NCBI GenBank assembly: GCA_049599475.1 | Contig: JBMYOQ010000025.1 | Coordinates: forward strand, 1 to 47,790 | Source of the DNA: Opitutales bacterium | GTDB lineage: Bacteria; Verrucomicrobiota; Verrucomicrobiia; Opitutales; JABSRG01 | Length of the DNA: 47,790 nucleotides | Direction: 5' to 3' | In this document: piece after piece, positions 30,577 through 41,003 of the stretch | Position numbering within the stretch: the first letter of the stretch is position 1 | How the letters are laid out: every line of letters starts with the position of its first letter | The notes under the pieces: generated by a model | Database searches by the model: none | Told to the model about the DNA's origin: nothing | The model's input: the letters and a program-made list of their open reading frames with translations, nothing else | Program-made: the position numbers and the translations under genes

Positions 30577-31494
30577 ATGGCTGAAAAGCGCATAGCAATC
30601 ACATGTGGGGACCCGGCAGGCGTAGGTCCCGAAGTGATCGCATCTTGGATCAAGAATCATCCCGAATATCACTCGGAAATTTGCATCCTAGGGCCCCATC
30701 ATTGGACGCGCCAACATCGGGGCACCAACAGCGTCGATGTCCTCCCACAGGGAGATCCCGAATTTATCATCGATCCCGGCAATCCATGCAAAGAAGGCGC
30801 CAAAATCGCACGCGACGCCCTGTTCGCCGCCGCAAGCGGAGCGCTCTCTGGGAAATTTAAAGCGGTTGTCACCGGCCCGACCAGTAAGCATTGGATGCAA
30901 AAAGTCGGGTTTCATTTTCCGGGCCAGACCGAATTTTTCGCAGATCGCTGGGGCGGCGAACCCACGATGGCTTTCACGGGAAAAATGCTGCGCATCGCCC
31001 TGGTCACATGGCATTGCCCCTTGCGCGATGTATCGGGACTCTTGACGATGAAACGGCTCGAACGCGCAGTTTCGAATCTACACACACTGCTGAAAGTAGA
31101 AGGCATCGATAAGCCGCGGATAGCCGTTTGTGGCCTGAATCCTCACGCGGGCGAAGGGGGGCTACTAGGAACCGAAGAGTATGATTTGCTCGACCCGTGG
31201 CTCAATGATCTGAGACCGAGCTACCCTGGACTCTCGGAGTGCCTGCCGGGAGATACCGTTTTCTGGCGCCACTTGAACGGCGATTTCGACGGAGTCGTCG
31301 CGATGTATCACGATCAAGCTCTCGCTCCGTTAAAGACTGTTGATTTCGACTGTGCAGTAAATGTTACCCTAGGCCTACCCCACGTCCGCACGAGCCCGGA
31401 CCATGGCACAGGATTTAGTATAGCCGGTAAGGGCATAGCCAGTGAAACGAGTTTTTCCAACGCTTTCGAACTCGCTCGCCTACTGTCAAAATAG
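30577..31494 (+). CDS. pdxA: 4-hydroxythreonine-4-phosphate dehydrogenase
   Basis: GDPAGVGPE, GLNPHAGE, AMYHDQ, RTSPDHGTGF. Confidence 0.93.
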   Translation: MAEKRIAITCGDPAGVGPEVIASWIKNHPEYHSEICILGPHHWTRQHRGTNSVDVLPQGDPEFIIDPGNPCKEGAKIARDALFAAASGALSGKFKAVVTGPTSKHWMQKVGFHFPGQTEFFADRWGGEPTMAFTGKMLRIALVTWHCPLRDVSGLLTMKRLERAVSNLHTLLKVEGIDKPRIAVCGLNPHAGEGGLLGTEEYDLLDPWLNDLRPSYPGLSECLPGDTVFWRHLNGDFDGVVAMYHDQALAPLKTVDFDCAVNVTLGLPHVRTSPDHGTGFSIAGKGIASETSFSNAFELARLLSK

Positions 31495-33008
31495 TGATGG
31501 AACAACACTCTTCTACACAGCCTATGCGGCGTCGATCGCCTCGCAAAGAGCCCCTGGGTGGCCAGGAGCGAGCAGTCGTAATCGCTACGAGCGTGCTCAT
31601 CACCTTTGCCTTTTGGAGCTATAGCGGACGCACCACATGGGCCCTGATCGCTTTTTGTTGGGTGGCATGCTGCGTCCCCCTGGCTGCGATGATTCCCCCC
31701 TGGGGGAAACCGGTAACGTTCATCAAAGACCTCGCCAAAAGCTCCGTTTTCTGGGCTGGGGTGCTATCTTTAACCTACCCGCTTATTCAGGCGCTTAACC
31801 CCGCATTCATCGCAGACTACGAACCCGGCACCATTCCGGAGATCGAACCCATCCCCCACATTGGCTGGCTTCCGACGAGCGTACAAGCCTCTTTAGAGAT
31901 TGGGACGCCATGGCGACACATTTTGATGTTTGGGGGAATATTTGCTGTTTTCGCAACGCTCCGCGTCACCCTGACACGTCGAAAGAGCTGGATCGCCCTC
32001 TTATGGGTGACCGTGATCAACTGTACCCTGGTCGCATTCGTAGGCACCTTAGTAAAGCTCAGCGGAACCAAAAAGATGTTATGGGTCATGGACCCAATCG
32101 CTCCCAATCTATTTTTTGGAACGTTCACGTACAAGAATAACGCTTCAGGGGTCATGTATATGACAATCGCACTCGCGGGATCCCTATATTTCTACCATGC
32201 GCGGCAAGCCCTAATGCGCGGACTCCGCTCAGGACCCCATATGCTGTGCCTCCTATTGATCGCGTTTGTCGCCCTTCCAGTATATATCACAAACTCTAAG
32301 TCTGGAATGATCATTACCGCGGCGATGTGCCTCATTATCGCAATACTTTGGCTCATAGCTAAAATGAATGAACTGCGACAGAACGGACAGTTTCGCACCT
32401 TTGGCTTAATCCTGCTATCCAGCCTAGTAGTGTTCGGGCTCGTAGTGGGAACTGTCGGCCGCCAAATCGTCGATCTTGACCAGGTAGAGGAACTCTTGAC
32501 TGGGCTTACGGATGACCTGGAAGCAATCAGCGAAGATCAAGTTGAAGAGTCATCTTCCTCCAATAAGCACAGATATATCGCGCTTATCGCGTTTTCGGAG
32601 ATGTTGAAAGAGGCCCCGCCTCTCGGGGTCGGAGCCGGATGCTTTGAGTATTTTTCGAGGAACTATTCCATCCGGTATCCAGACATCCATTACTCTAGAT
32701 ACTCCAGAGACGAAAAGGCGTGGCTTACTTGGCACTGGCGTGATGCGCATTCGGACTGGCTTGAATTTCCCATCGAATACGGATGGCTCGGCTTCGGGCT
32801 TCTTCTGGGCAGCTTAATTATTTGGTTACCCGGCTCCTTTCATTTTTTGAAACATCCTAGAATATATTTGGTCCTACCTTGGATCGGAGCGAGCGCCCTA
32901 CTGGGGCATGCTATCTTCGAGTTTCAATTTCAGACACCTACTGTTGTTTTAGTCTTTATGGTAGCATGGACCAGCCCTTGGTTCCTGCAGAATCTCAAGC
33001 GTGTTTAG
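31494..33008 (+). CDS. O-antigen ligase family membrane protein
   Basis: Many TMs; GTFTYKN, SKSG, GVGAGCF, AHSDWLE..IEYG, HAIFEF. Confidence 0.8.
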   Translation: MMEQHSSTQPMRRRSPRKEPLGGQERAVVIATSVLITFAFWSYSGRTTWALIAFCWVACCVPLAAMIPPWGKPVTFIKDLAKSSVFWAGVLSLTYPLIQALNPAFIADYEPGTIPEIEPIPHIGWLPTSVQASLEIGTPWRHILMFGGIFAVFATLRVTLTRRKSWIALLWVTVINCTLVAFVGTLVKLSGTKKMLWVMDPIAPNLFFGTFTYKNNASGVMYMTIALAGSLYFYHARQALMRGLRSGPHMLCLLLIAFVALPVYITNSKSGMIITAAMCLIIAILWLIAKMNELRQNGQFRTFGLILLSSLVVFGLVVGTVGRQIVDLDQVEELLTGLTDDLEAISEDQVEESSSSNKHRYIALIAFSEMLKEAPPLGVGAGCFEYFSRNYSIRYPDIHYSRYSRDEKAWLTWHWRDAHSDWLEFPIEYGWLGFGLLLGSLIIWLPGSFHFLKHPRIYLVLPWIGASALLGHAIFEFQFQTPTVVLVFMVAWTSPWFLQNLKRV

Positions 33009-33151
33009 ACCACGGCTTGGGCCTGCTGGCTCTTGCAACTGCTAAATCAATTCTACTAAGCACAGACCCGCTCTAAATATGAATTGATAAACAATTCCCA
33101 CCCTAAAGATGGTGAGGGAATCAGCGAATTTATAGTTAACCCAAAAATTCG

Positions 33152-34147
33152 ATGAACTCACTTCGCAAAATCGTCATATATGGATCCGGACTCCGCGGTC
33201 GCGAGATCCTGAATTACCTGCCCCCTCAGGACCAGGTGCTATTCTTCGTAGACAGTGAAAGTGAGATGCACGGACAAAGCACTCAGGGCTACACAATTTA
33301 TCCCCCAGAGGTGCTGACGCGAGCAAACTTCGACAAAGTCGTGCTCGCGACGCGGGAAAATCAAAACGCTTATTGCCAACTCATTGAAATGGGAATTGAT
33401 CCGGAAAACATCATTTCCCCGCTCATGAGCCCTGAGAACTTACACGGACTATCGTCCCTGAGAAACCAGCATAAAGCGGAGTCCCTTTTCGTTATAGGCA
33501 ATGGCAACAGCCTCAATGCCAGCGACCTCGAAGCCATCGCTGCCACAGGCCAGCCAAGCATAGCGTTCAACGACATTTTCAACTGGTATGGATCCACATC
33601 CTTCCGGCCTACTTACTATATTGTAGAAGATCCCATTTTCGCACGTAAACACCTCGACGCGATTTTAGGGATGCGGGATATTATCAAACTGTTCCCTGAG
33701 CAGTTGATGGGCGTATTCCCGCCATCAAAAAATATCCTCTACTATGGCCTAAACGAAGAGATCAGCCCCAGCAGCTCCACATACTTTTCAGAGACTCCCC
33801 TAAACTTCGGCTATGGAGCCACAGTCACTTATCCCGCATTACAGCTCGGGATTTATATGGGAGTCCGTAAAATCTATTTGGTCGGCGTCGATTTCGCATC
33901 TCGCGAACTGGAGGCCCTTCCAAGAGAAATCCGAGCCATGGTCGCTCAAAACGGTGAGGACACTCAGGCATACAATACCTGCTTGAATGATGTCCATTGG
34001 ATCGAGGCGCATCAGCAGTATGCCATTAAGGCCTTTAGGACAGCCCAGAGATTCGCCGCATATCGCGGAATCTCGATCATGAACGCGTCTCGAGGCGGGC
34101 AACTTGAAGTATATCCCCGAGTCCGCATCGACTCCTTGTTGGGTTAA
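33152..34147 (+). CDS. DUF115/MptE-like (Maf-type glycosyltransferase-like) protein with N-terminal Rossmann domain
   Basis: IVIYGSG..FFVDS N-terminus; FVIGNGNSL, IYLVGVDF, NASRGGQLEVYPRV. Confidence 0.7.
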   Translation: MNSLRKIVIYGSGLRGREILNYLPPQDQVLFFVDSESEMHGQSTQGYTIYPPEVLTRANFDKVVLATRENQNAYCQLIEMGIDPENIISPLMSPENLHGLSSLRNQHKAESLFVIGNGNSLNASDLEAIAATGQPSIAFNDIFNWYGSTSFRPTYYIVEDPIFARKHLDAILGMRDIIKLFPEQLMGVFPPSKNILYYGLNEEISPSSSTYFSETPLNFGYGATVTYPALQLGIYMGVRKIYLVGVDFASRELEALPREIRAMVAQNGEDTQAYNTCLNDVHWIEAHQQYAIKAFRTAQRFAAYRGISIMNASRGGQLEVYPRVRIDSLLG

Positions 34148-34295
34148 TCTTCATTCGATAGCCCAAAGCCCGAACCTAGGTTAAATATTTTGAAGCATAT
34201 TCCGTAGTTAGAAGACGGAGTGTTTTCGACACATACACGAGGCCTACAAATGGCTCTGAGTGTCGCGAAGAATATAAAAATTTTGCCCTGGTCGC

Positions 34296-36608
34296 ATGGA
34301 ATCGAAGAAAGTCCTTTTGGTCGAAGATGATACAATGTCTTCCCAGTATTATAAAAAGATGCTGAGCGGTCGGGGCTACACGGTATACCCACCTGCGCGC
34401 AGCGGCCAAGAAGCTATCGAAGTCGCCAAAGAGGTCTCTCCCGACTTGATCATCATGGATATTAACATCCAGGGAGAATTCGATGGTGTAGAGACTGCCA
34501 AACGTATTCTAGCAGACAGGAAAATACCGATCATTTATGCCTCCGGCTCCTCCGAAAGCGAGACAATCGAACGCGCAAAATCAACTGCGACAGCGTATCT
34601 GCTCAAACCCTTCACCAAGCGAGACCTCTTCATCACCATCGATGTCGCGTTTGCAAAATCGGAAATGGAGCAAAAGCTTCGCAAGAACGAAGCACGCCTA
34701 GCAACCATCCTCGGGAGCATTGCCAATGGAGTCATCGCCACCAACTCCAAGGAGAAAGTGGAATACATCAATGACACTGCTGAGTTTATTACCGGAATCC
34801 TCTCAGAAAATGCCAAGGGGCAAACCCTGAAAGAGCTCCTAGACTTGAGAGACCCTCAAAGCGGATCTCCCATAAAGTATTTCTACGATCGTATTGATAC
34901 CCTGAACAAGGTTCTAACAATTCAAGATGCCAGCCTGATGAATTCCAGCGGAGAAAGTCGGCGCGTATCCTTACATATTTCTCCGATTCGAACCAGCGCC
35001 CAAAGCATCAATGGACACGTGTGTGTAATCTTCGACATCACCGATCAAGTCGAAATTGACACACAGCTGAACACCCTGGGGCATGCCCTCGAATCGATCA
35101 CCGACGGCGTAATCATCCTGGGCAAGGAGCACGCAGATGATCAAGGGCCCAGCAAGATCGTCTACGCCAATGATGGATTTCTTCGAAGCTTCAAAACCCA
35201 GCTCGACTCCGTTCTAAACGAGCCCATCGATTGCCTATTCGGAGAAGATACCGCCTCTTCTTTCAAAAAGAATATTCATTTGGCCCTCGAGGAAAACCGT
35301 TCATTTTCCGCAGAAGTAATTCTTTACGATTCTGAACGCGCGCCCGTCACCATAGACTTCCAAATATCTCCCGTCCGAGACCCGCAGAACCATGTTTCAC
35401 AACAGGTAGCCATTTTGCGAGACATCACGCATATTCGCCAGCTCGAGGATAATATGCGGCAGAGCCAGAAAATTGAAGCAGTCGGCCGCCTAGCCTCCGG
35501 CATTGCTCACGATTTTAACAATCTACTGTCTGTAATAAATTCTTACTCCGACTTGTTGATGACTCGGTTCGACGATACCGACCCTATCTACAATCAACTC
35601 CATCAAATTTTCAGCGCAGGACGGAAGGGGTCAGATCTCGTCGCTAAACTCATGGCATTTAGTCGCAAAGAGGATAGCAAAATTCAAGGCATGGACCTCA
35701 ATGTAGTTCTGAGCGAAATTGAAGGCATCCTCGCCCGGGTCGTCCGAGAAGACATCGAACTTACCATCGAAAAGCGGATAGACTCAGCCCCCACTCGAGC
35801 CGACCGAACGAGTGTCGAACAAGCACTTATCAACCTAGTGGTAAACGCCCGAGATGCCATCGCGGGAGTCGGCTCCATCAGGATCACCTTGGATGAGCTC
35901 ACCGCCTCAAGCACATCCTCTCGTGTAATTGAAAAACCCGGACATTATTTCAGAATATCGATTTCAGATACAGGTAGCGGTATCGATGAAGATAACCTCT
36001 CGCAAATTTTCGACCCCTTTTTCACGACTAAGGATATCGGAAAAGGCACCGGCCTCGGGCTATCGCTCGTTTACGGTCTAATGCAACGCTCAGAGGGAGC
36101 CGTCGACGTAGAATCCACACTCGGAAAGGGCACCACATTCCATTTGTATTTCCCCGAAGTTCCAATTGACCCCAATGAAACGGATCATGACGAACTGAAC
36201 GGCCGCATGACAGACGATGAGCTCCCGATCGCGGATGGCCAGAAGATCCTCATTGTAGAGGACGACCCCGTCTTCGCAGATTGTATTTCCAGTTTGCTAC
36301 GTATTCATGGCTTCGATGTAATTTCAGCGTCCAACGGACAAGAGGTCATCGACGAATACTCAGATGTATTGCCAGAAGTAAGACTACTTTTCTCGGACGT
36401 CGTTATGCCCAAGATGTCAGGCGTCGACCTTGCATGGGAAGTCCGCAAAGCAAACCCAGAGGTACAAATCCTCTTCATGACTGGCTACGACGAAGAGGTC
36501 GAAGAAAAGTATACACTTCCTCAAGGGGCAAATGTATTACAAAAACCAGTACCTCTCAAAACAGTAATTGAGCGCGTTCATGAAGCGCTCGAAGAGCAAG
36601 CTCGCTAG
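34296..36608 (+). CDS. Hybrid sensor kinase REC-PAS-PAS-HisKA-HATPase-REC
   Basis: LLVEDD, IMDI, two PAS regions, [28 protein letters not shown]-terminal REC. Confidence 0.93.
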   Translation: MESKKVLLVEDDTMSSQYYKKMLSGRGYTVYPPARSGQEAIEVAKEVSPDLIIMDINIQGEFDGVETAKRILADRKIPIIYASGSSESETIERAKSTATAYLLKPFTKRDLFITIDVAFAKSEMEQKLRKNEARLATILGSIANGVIATNSKEKVEYINDTAEFITGILSENAKGQTLKELLDLRDPQSGSPIKYFYDRIDTLNKVLTIQDASLMNSSGESRRVSLHISPIRTSAQSINGHVCVIFDITDQVEIDTQLNTLGHALESITDGVIILGKEHADDQGPSKIVYANDGFLRSFKTQLDSVLNEPIDCLFGEDTASSFKKNIHLALEENRSFSAEVILYDSERAPVTIDFQISPVRDPQNHVSQQVAILRDITHIRQLEDNMRQSQKIEAVGRLASGIAHDFNNLLSVINSYSDLLMTRFDDTDPIYNQLHQIFSAGRKGSDLVAKLMAFSRKEDSKIQGMDLNVVLSEIEGILARVVREDIELTIEKRIDSAPTRADRTSVEQALINLVVNARDAIAGVGSIRITLDELTASSTSSRVIEKPGHYFRISISDTGSGIDEDNLSQIFDPFFTTKDIGKGTGLGLSLVYGLMQRSEGAVDVESTLGKGTTFHLYFPEVPIDPNETDHDELNGRMTDDELPIADGQKILIVEDDPVFADCISSLLRIHGFDVISASNGQEVIDEYSDVLPEVRLLFSDVVMPKMSGVDLAWEVRKANPEVQILFMTGYDEEVEEKYTLPQGANVLQKPVPLKTVIERVHEALEEQAR

Positions 36609-38146
36609 AAAACGGTCCCAGATCCAGATCGACTAGAGCTCACAAATGACGAGGATTCCATAATCTCCGAAACCACGTCTCTTAGCTTTCGCAGCTCAGC
36701 CAATTTTTCGCCTTCCAGGCTCATAAAATACCCACTCCAAGAGACTCCTAAGATTACCGCTTGGCAGTCTTCATCCCAGGAAACAGGTAAAATATACAAA
36801 GCCTTGATAGGCCGAAAACTGCGAAGCCACGCAGGCATATAGCCTTGCACCTTTTTGTCGGTTGCTGAACCAAATAACACGTCTTGTTTTCTAGAGATAG
36901 ATAGGCCAAACAGATCTTTGTTGGACTGCTTTACTATTACCTGCTTTCGCGTGCCGTAAAACAATTTACCCACACCCATTGCCTGGAAGAAGCTTTCAGT
37001 GCCTGGTTTACGGCGAAACAAAATACAATCATCCAGACTCTGGTCTTCCACCAACGCCTCCAAAGCAATCATGAATGCACGAGGAGAGTCGATCGGCGGA
37101 TCAGCAATCATGGACCTGAGTTTCTCGACGGCTACCACCATCGAGCTCTTTTTCACCTCCTCTTTCTTTTTTAACATCGCGGCCCGGTTTACACGCTTAG
37201 CCGGCGTTTTCTTATTCGCTCGATCCAACATTCGACTCGAAATCGATTCGGGAACGATATTTATCTCATACTCAGAACAAAAGTCATTTACCCGATCATT
37301 TACCCGCTTCAACAGGTCGAAGATCGAATCGGGCGGCAGGTCAATATGCTTGCTGTAAGTGTTGAGAAGGCTTTTCGAATCTCGATCAAATGCGTCACTC
37401 GACAGCTCACTAAACATCGCCATCTCACAGAGCTTCATCGAGAAATCGGCTACCACACTCACCTTCTCAATTTCGTTTCGAGCCACCCGGCGAATCACAT
37501 GAGACGGCACGTGCTTTAAACAAGCAGTGATCTCTTCCGGCATGCGAGAACTCTCCAGAAGGTAGAAACTCAATTCCAGCGGTGTCAGCCCAAAGACTTT
37601 AGTAAATGCCTCATCCTCACTGGATTCGGTGGCAAACAATTGGGCTTCTCGGAAGTCCTCGATCATGAATGTCGACATCAGCAACTTACCGTAATTGCGC
37701 AAGGTCGTGCAAATGAATGACTGCTCGGCCAGCTCGTCATCTTCCAACTCAACCACAGCTTGCGACATCAACCCTGAACACAAAGCAAAGGCCGACACCT
37801 CTCTCTGTTCCGAAAGGTTCATACTGTTTTCAGAATTCTCAACAAGCAGGAGCGACATTGCCAAATTGCGCACCTTAGCAAACCCAATGAGACCAATTGC
37901 TTGAGACACCGTGGTGACCACGGTACCTGCTTGGTTAAACGCGAGCTTATTGGCGGTCTCTATGACTTTTTTTGTCACGGTTGCATCACTCGCGATCAAT
38001 TCTGCCAGCTCACCGGTGCTGATAATAAATGCTTTCTCCGCAAGTTCGTGAATCAACGTAATGACTCGAGATACCGTCGCAGCCTCTTTCTTTTTCAAGG
38101 CATTCTGGATCTTCTCGATGGTTACGTTGGCGACTTCTTTATTCAA
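36605..38146 (-). CDS. HDOD domain protein with C-terminal GAF-like region
   Basis: LAELIASD..VTKKVIETAN, TVSQAIGLIGF..VRNLA, LRNYGKLLM. Confidence 0.75.
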   Translation of the reverse strand: MNKEVANVTIEKIQNALKKKEAATVSRVITLIHELAEKAFIISTGELAELIASDATVTKKVIETANKLAFNQAGTVVTTVSQAIGLIGFAKVRNLAMSLLLVENSENSMNLSEQREVSAFALCSGLMSQAVVELEDDELAEQSFICTTLRNYGKLLMSTFMIEDFREAQLFATESSEDEAFTKVFGLTPLELSFYLLESSRMPEEITACLKHVPSHVIRRVARNEIEKVSVVADFSMKLCEMAMFSELSSDAFDRDSKSLLNTYSKHIDLPPDSIFDLLKRVNDRVNDFCSEYEINIVPESISSRMLDRANKKTPAKRVNRAAMLKKKEEVKKSSMVVAVEKLRSMIADPPIDSPRAFMIALEALVEDQSLDDCILFRRKPGTESFFQAMGVGKLFYGTRKQVIVKQSNKDLFGLSISRKQDVLFGSATDKKVQGYMPAWLRSFRPIKALYILPVSWDEDCQAVILGVSWSGYFMSLEGEKLAELRKLRDVVSEIMESSSFVSSSRSGSGTVF

Positions 38147-38282
38147 TGGAACGGTGGCGGATAGTTTAGGCTCGCAGCTGAACTATATAATTCGTCCAAA
38201 CTAGCCCCCACCTTGAACCTCATGAGGCCTATAACGTTGTTTATCTTAATTTGACCCAAACCTTGAGTCAAAAAAACCCATC

Positions 38283-39311
38283 TTACTGAATATCAACTAT
38301 TTGCTCGATCAGGGAAGCTAGCTTTTCGGAGCTCTCCAATTTACTCTTCCAGCCCTCAGGGATATAGTTTTCCCCATGGTAAGCTCCTAGAAAAGCTCCC
38401 ACCAGCATGCCTCTTCCCGCCGATTCACCACCAGCTCGGACCACGCTCAATATTGCGTCTTCGTAACTCCCATCCATCAACTTTAGAAAACTGTAAAGCG
38501 ATGCCGGAAAACTACCTTGCAATGGGCAGCTATAGCCCAACTCAAACGTACTCTGGATGAAATCGTCATTCGCCAACTCGCTCTTTGCATCCCGAATACG
38601 CGCGCGAATTGCCTCCTTCATCATCCGATCCAAGGGTGCCGATTGAAGAGCCTGCTCAATAGCATCCTCAGGTGCCAGTCCACTCAATAGAGCCTGGAGT
38701 ATTCCTGCCTGGAACTGACAATAGGCAATCGCCTCTCCGTTGTTTTGCCGTATCCTCACAAAGGCAGCAACCTGATCATAAAATTGGTCTGATTCACCGT
38801 AAAGAATGACGATTGGCATCAATGAGGTCGCACCCGCCATCTGGTTATCATCCGACCCCTGCTGGAAATCGAAAGGAGTATCAGGGTGCTCCTTCAAATG
38901 AGCCTGATAGATTTCAAAACTTTCCCGAGTCGCATGATCCACATAGCCATCATAGTAGCCCGGAGTCATCGTATTCATGAAAAGCTTCCCAAACGCCTCT
39001 GGAGAATACCCGCCCTCACCTGCAGCGACCTGGAGCAAAAGCTTCAAGGCATCTCCATACATTGTGAACTGTCCAGAGTTCTTGGTCTTATGGTAATGAT
39101 CTTCGGCGGGTTGCTCAAAGCCTTCGATGCCATCTGGAAACTGGGCCAACAGTTTCTCCTGATCATAATACCAATGTGCTCCCAAGGCAGCCGCATCCGC
39201 AACCAATGCCCCCCACAGCATACCTTTCATGCGAGAGGCTTTATCAGGTACATCGGCCAGTAAGACCGTAAATAAGGGCAGACAGAGTAAGACAGCAATT
39301 TTATTGGGCAT
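38283..39311 (-). CDS. ADP-ribosylglycohydrolase family protein
   Basis: GALVADAAALGAHWYY, GQFTMYGD, LGYSCPL, AGGESAGRG..VGA..GA..G..YIPEGW. Confidence 0.8.
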   Translation of the reverse strand: MPNKIAVLLCLPLFTVLLADVPDKASRMKGMLWGALVADAAALGAHWYYDQEKLLAQFPDGIEGFEQPAEDHYHKTKNSGQFTMYGDALKLLLQVAAGEGGYSPEAFGKLFMNTMTPGYYDGYVDHATRESFEIYQAHLKEHPDTPFDFQQGSDDNQMAGATSLMPIVILYGESDQFYDQVAAFVRIRQNNGEAIAYCQFQAGILQALLSGLAPEDAIEQALQSAPLDRMMKEAIRARIRDAKSELANDDFIQSTFELGYSCPLQGSFPASLYSFLKLMDGSYEDAILSVVRAGGESAGRGMLVGAFLGAYHGENYIPEGWKSKLESSEKLASLIEQIVDIQ

Positions 39312-39363
39312 AGCCCAGTCCCAGCAAATTCACAGCCACTCCTGCCGAACCTGAGCTGGAATT

Positions 39364-39969
39364 TCAAGCCAGGTTAACAGCTATGAGCGACTGATACTCA
39401 GGCAGTAGGTCCTGAAAATAACTACTGTTTTCATGAGGCCAATTATCTTCGAGCTCGATTCGTTTCCAGAGCTCATGCTCTTCCACCAGCTCCTCAGTCC
39501 ATGCGAAATAGTCCTCGTGATCAGTCCGGTAGCAAAACCATCCGCCAGACACAACCAAGCTGGATAATCGACTTAAAAAAACCGACTGCACCATCCGCTT
39601 TTTATGATGCCGTTTCTTGGGCCAAGGATCTGGAAAGAGCATAAAACACCGCCCGATATTCAATCCTTCGACAGCCTCAACTGCGTCCAAAAACTCATTA
39701 CACTCTGCTTTGAGAAATCGCAAATTCTGCAATGAGCGCTTCTCCTGCTTTTGAGTCCCCATTTCGATCCGCTTGGTAATCAAATCAATTCCCACACACA
39801 ACTCATCTGGGTGGTTTTCCGCATAAGAACTCAACCAGCGCCCATGGCCACATCCGATCTCAAGAGTGAATACGCGCGCTTCACCGAGAAATTCCAGCAA
39901 AGCTTCTTGAATAGCAGCGACTCTTTTAGATCGCTCTGCTTCTATCCACGCTCGTTTTGATTCATCCAT
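39364..39969 (-). CDS. trmB: tRNA (guanine-N7)-methyltransferase
   Basis: LEIGCGHG, FPDPWPKKRHHKKR, RTD..DYF. Confidence 0.92.
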   Translation of the reverse strand: MDESKRAWIEAERSKRVAAIQEALLEFLGEARVFTLEIGCGHGRWLSSYAENHPDELCVGIDLITKRIEMGTQKQEKRSLQNLRFLKAECNEFLDAVEAVEGLNIGRCFMLFPDPWPKKRHHKKRMVQSVFLSRLSSLVVSGGWFCYRTDHEDYFAWTEELVEEHELWKRIELEDNWPHENSSYFQDLLPEYQSLIAVNLA

Positions 39970-40009
39970 AACGAGCAAGACCTAGCTCCTGAAAAAAAAA
40001 TCTCAACGA

Positions 40010-40170
40010 TGAATGCACGCAGCTCCCGCACGAGGGCGAATTCAATTACCGGCAAAGGGAACAGCCTTTAGGAAGGTCGGTGTACTAAGCCCATTCACCT
40101 TGATACAGGATCCCTTTGCATTCCCTAGCGTGCCCACCTCGCCACTCCGGGAACACTGACCGCTGATTCA
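40010..40170 (+). ncRNA. ssrS: Probable 6S RNA
   Basis: Rod-like fold (tcccg/cggga, ggcga/tcgcc, gcaaaggga/tccctttgc, aaggt/acctt) around a central bubble; gtgcccacct motif; G-U pairs favour + strand; ends approximate. Confidence 0.55.
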
Positions 40171-40962
40171 GTTTTCAAAAAACACATACCGCTCGCGATC
40201 GAAGTAGACCCCTAAGCGATTCTCGAAATCGAGCAGCTCAACTTCATCAGCTTCCACCTCATACCCCAGCTCAAGGGCGCGTTGCTGAGTATAAATCGCG
40301 TTATCATAATCTCCCTTAGCAGCATAGGCCGCCGCCAGGGTATCCAGTTCATAATAGCGCTCCCTCATCGAAATGACTCGCAGCATGAGATTGATCGCGA
40401 GTTCTGGCTTCAACAGCTCTTCGTCCTCAACCGTGGAAAAAAACCATGCAGCATTGTTCGCGATAAACGGATCAAAAGGTCCCAGGACCGAGCGCGAATA
40501 CCACACGGATGCTTCTTTCAAATCTCTTGGTCCTCCTTCACCGACAGCAAAAAGTTCTCCCAAATTCGACATCGCTGGATGGTGCCCAGCCTCCGCAGCG
40601 CGCATAAACCATTGCTTCGCACGATCTGAATTTTGGTCTACACCCGTCCCATCTCTATACAAGCGAGCTAAGTTCGACATCGCCCAGGGATTCCCCAGCT
40701 CCGCCGATTTATTAAACCAATAATAGGCAGTCTCCGCATTCGGATCGAGACCCCTTTCGCCATTTAAGTAGTTGATAGCCAAGAGGTTTTGCGCATTCGA
40801 ATCTCCAGAATTAGCTTTTTCAATTGTCTGCTGAAGCTCACCAGAAATGTCCGTGGATACATCTATCGGCTCCGGCCCCAGGCTCGACTCCTCCACAGTC
40901 GCACAACCGACCCATAACAAAACCAACGAACTGATTAAAAATGCTCTCATAAACAGGCTCAA
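40168..40962 (-). CDS. Sel1/TPR repeat lipoprotein
   Basis: Lipobox WVGC; three Sel1 repeats (A..NL...Y..G.G.....A..W...A..G); LDTLAAAYA TPR. Confidence 0.85.
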   Translation of the reverse strand: MSLFMRAFLISSLVLLWVGCATVEESSLGPEPIDVSTDISGELQQTIEKANSGDSNAQNLLAINYLNGERGLDPNAETAYYWFNKSAELGNPWAMSNLARLYRDGTGVDQNSDRAKQWFMRAAEAGHHPAMSNLGELFAVGEGGPRDLKEASVWYSRSVLGPFDPFIANNAAWFFSTVEDEELLKPELAINLMLRVISMRERYYELDTLAAAYAAKGDYDNAIYTQQRALELGYEVEADEVELLDFENRLGVYFDRERYVFFEN

Positions 40963-41003
40963 AGCTAATCCAAGGCCATACGTCGGCCCCGTGTGAACAG
41001 TCT

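Noticed and set aside
40100..40152. tRNA-Leu-like 5' string on the minus strand (cccggagtggcga...cacgctaggg)
   Set aside because: No anticodon stem, T-loop (GTTCRA) or acceptor pairing; better explained as part of the rod-shaped RNA
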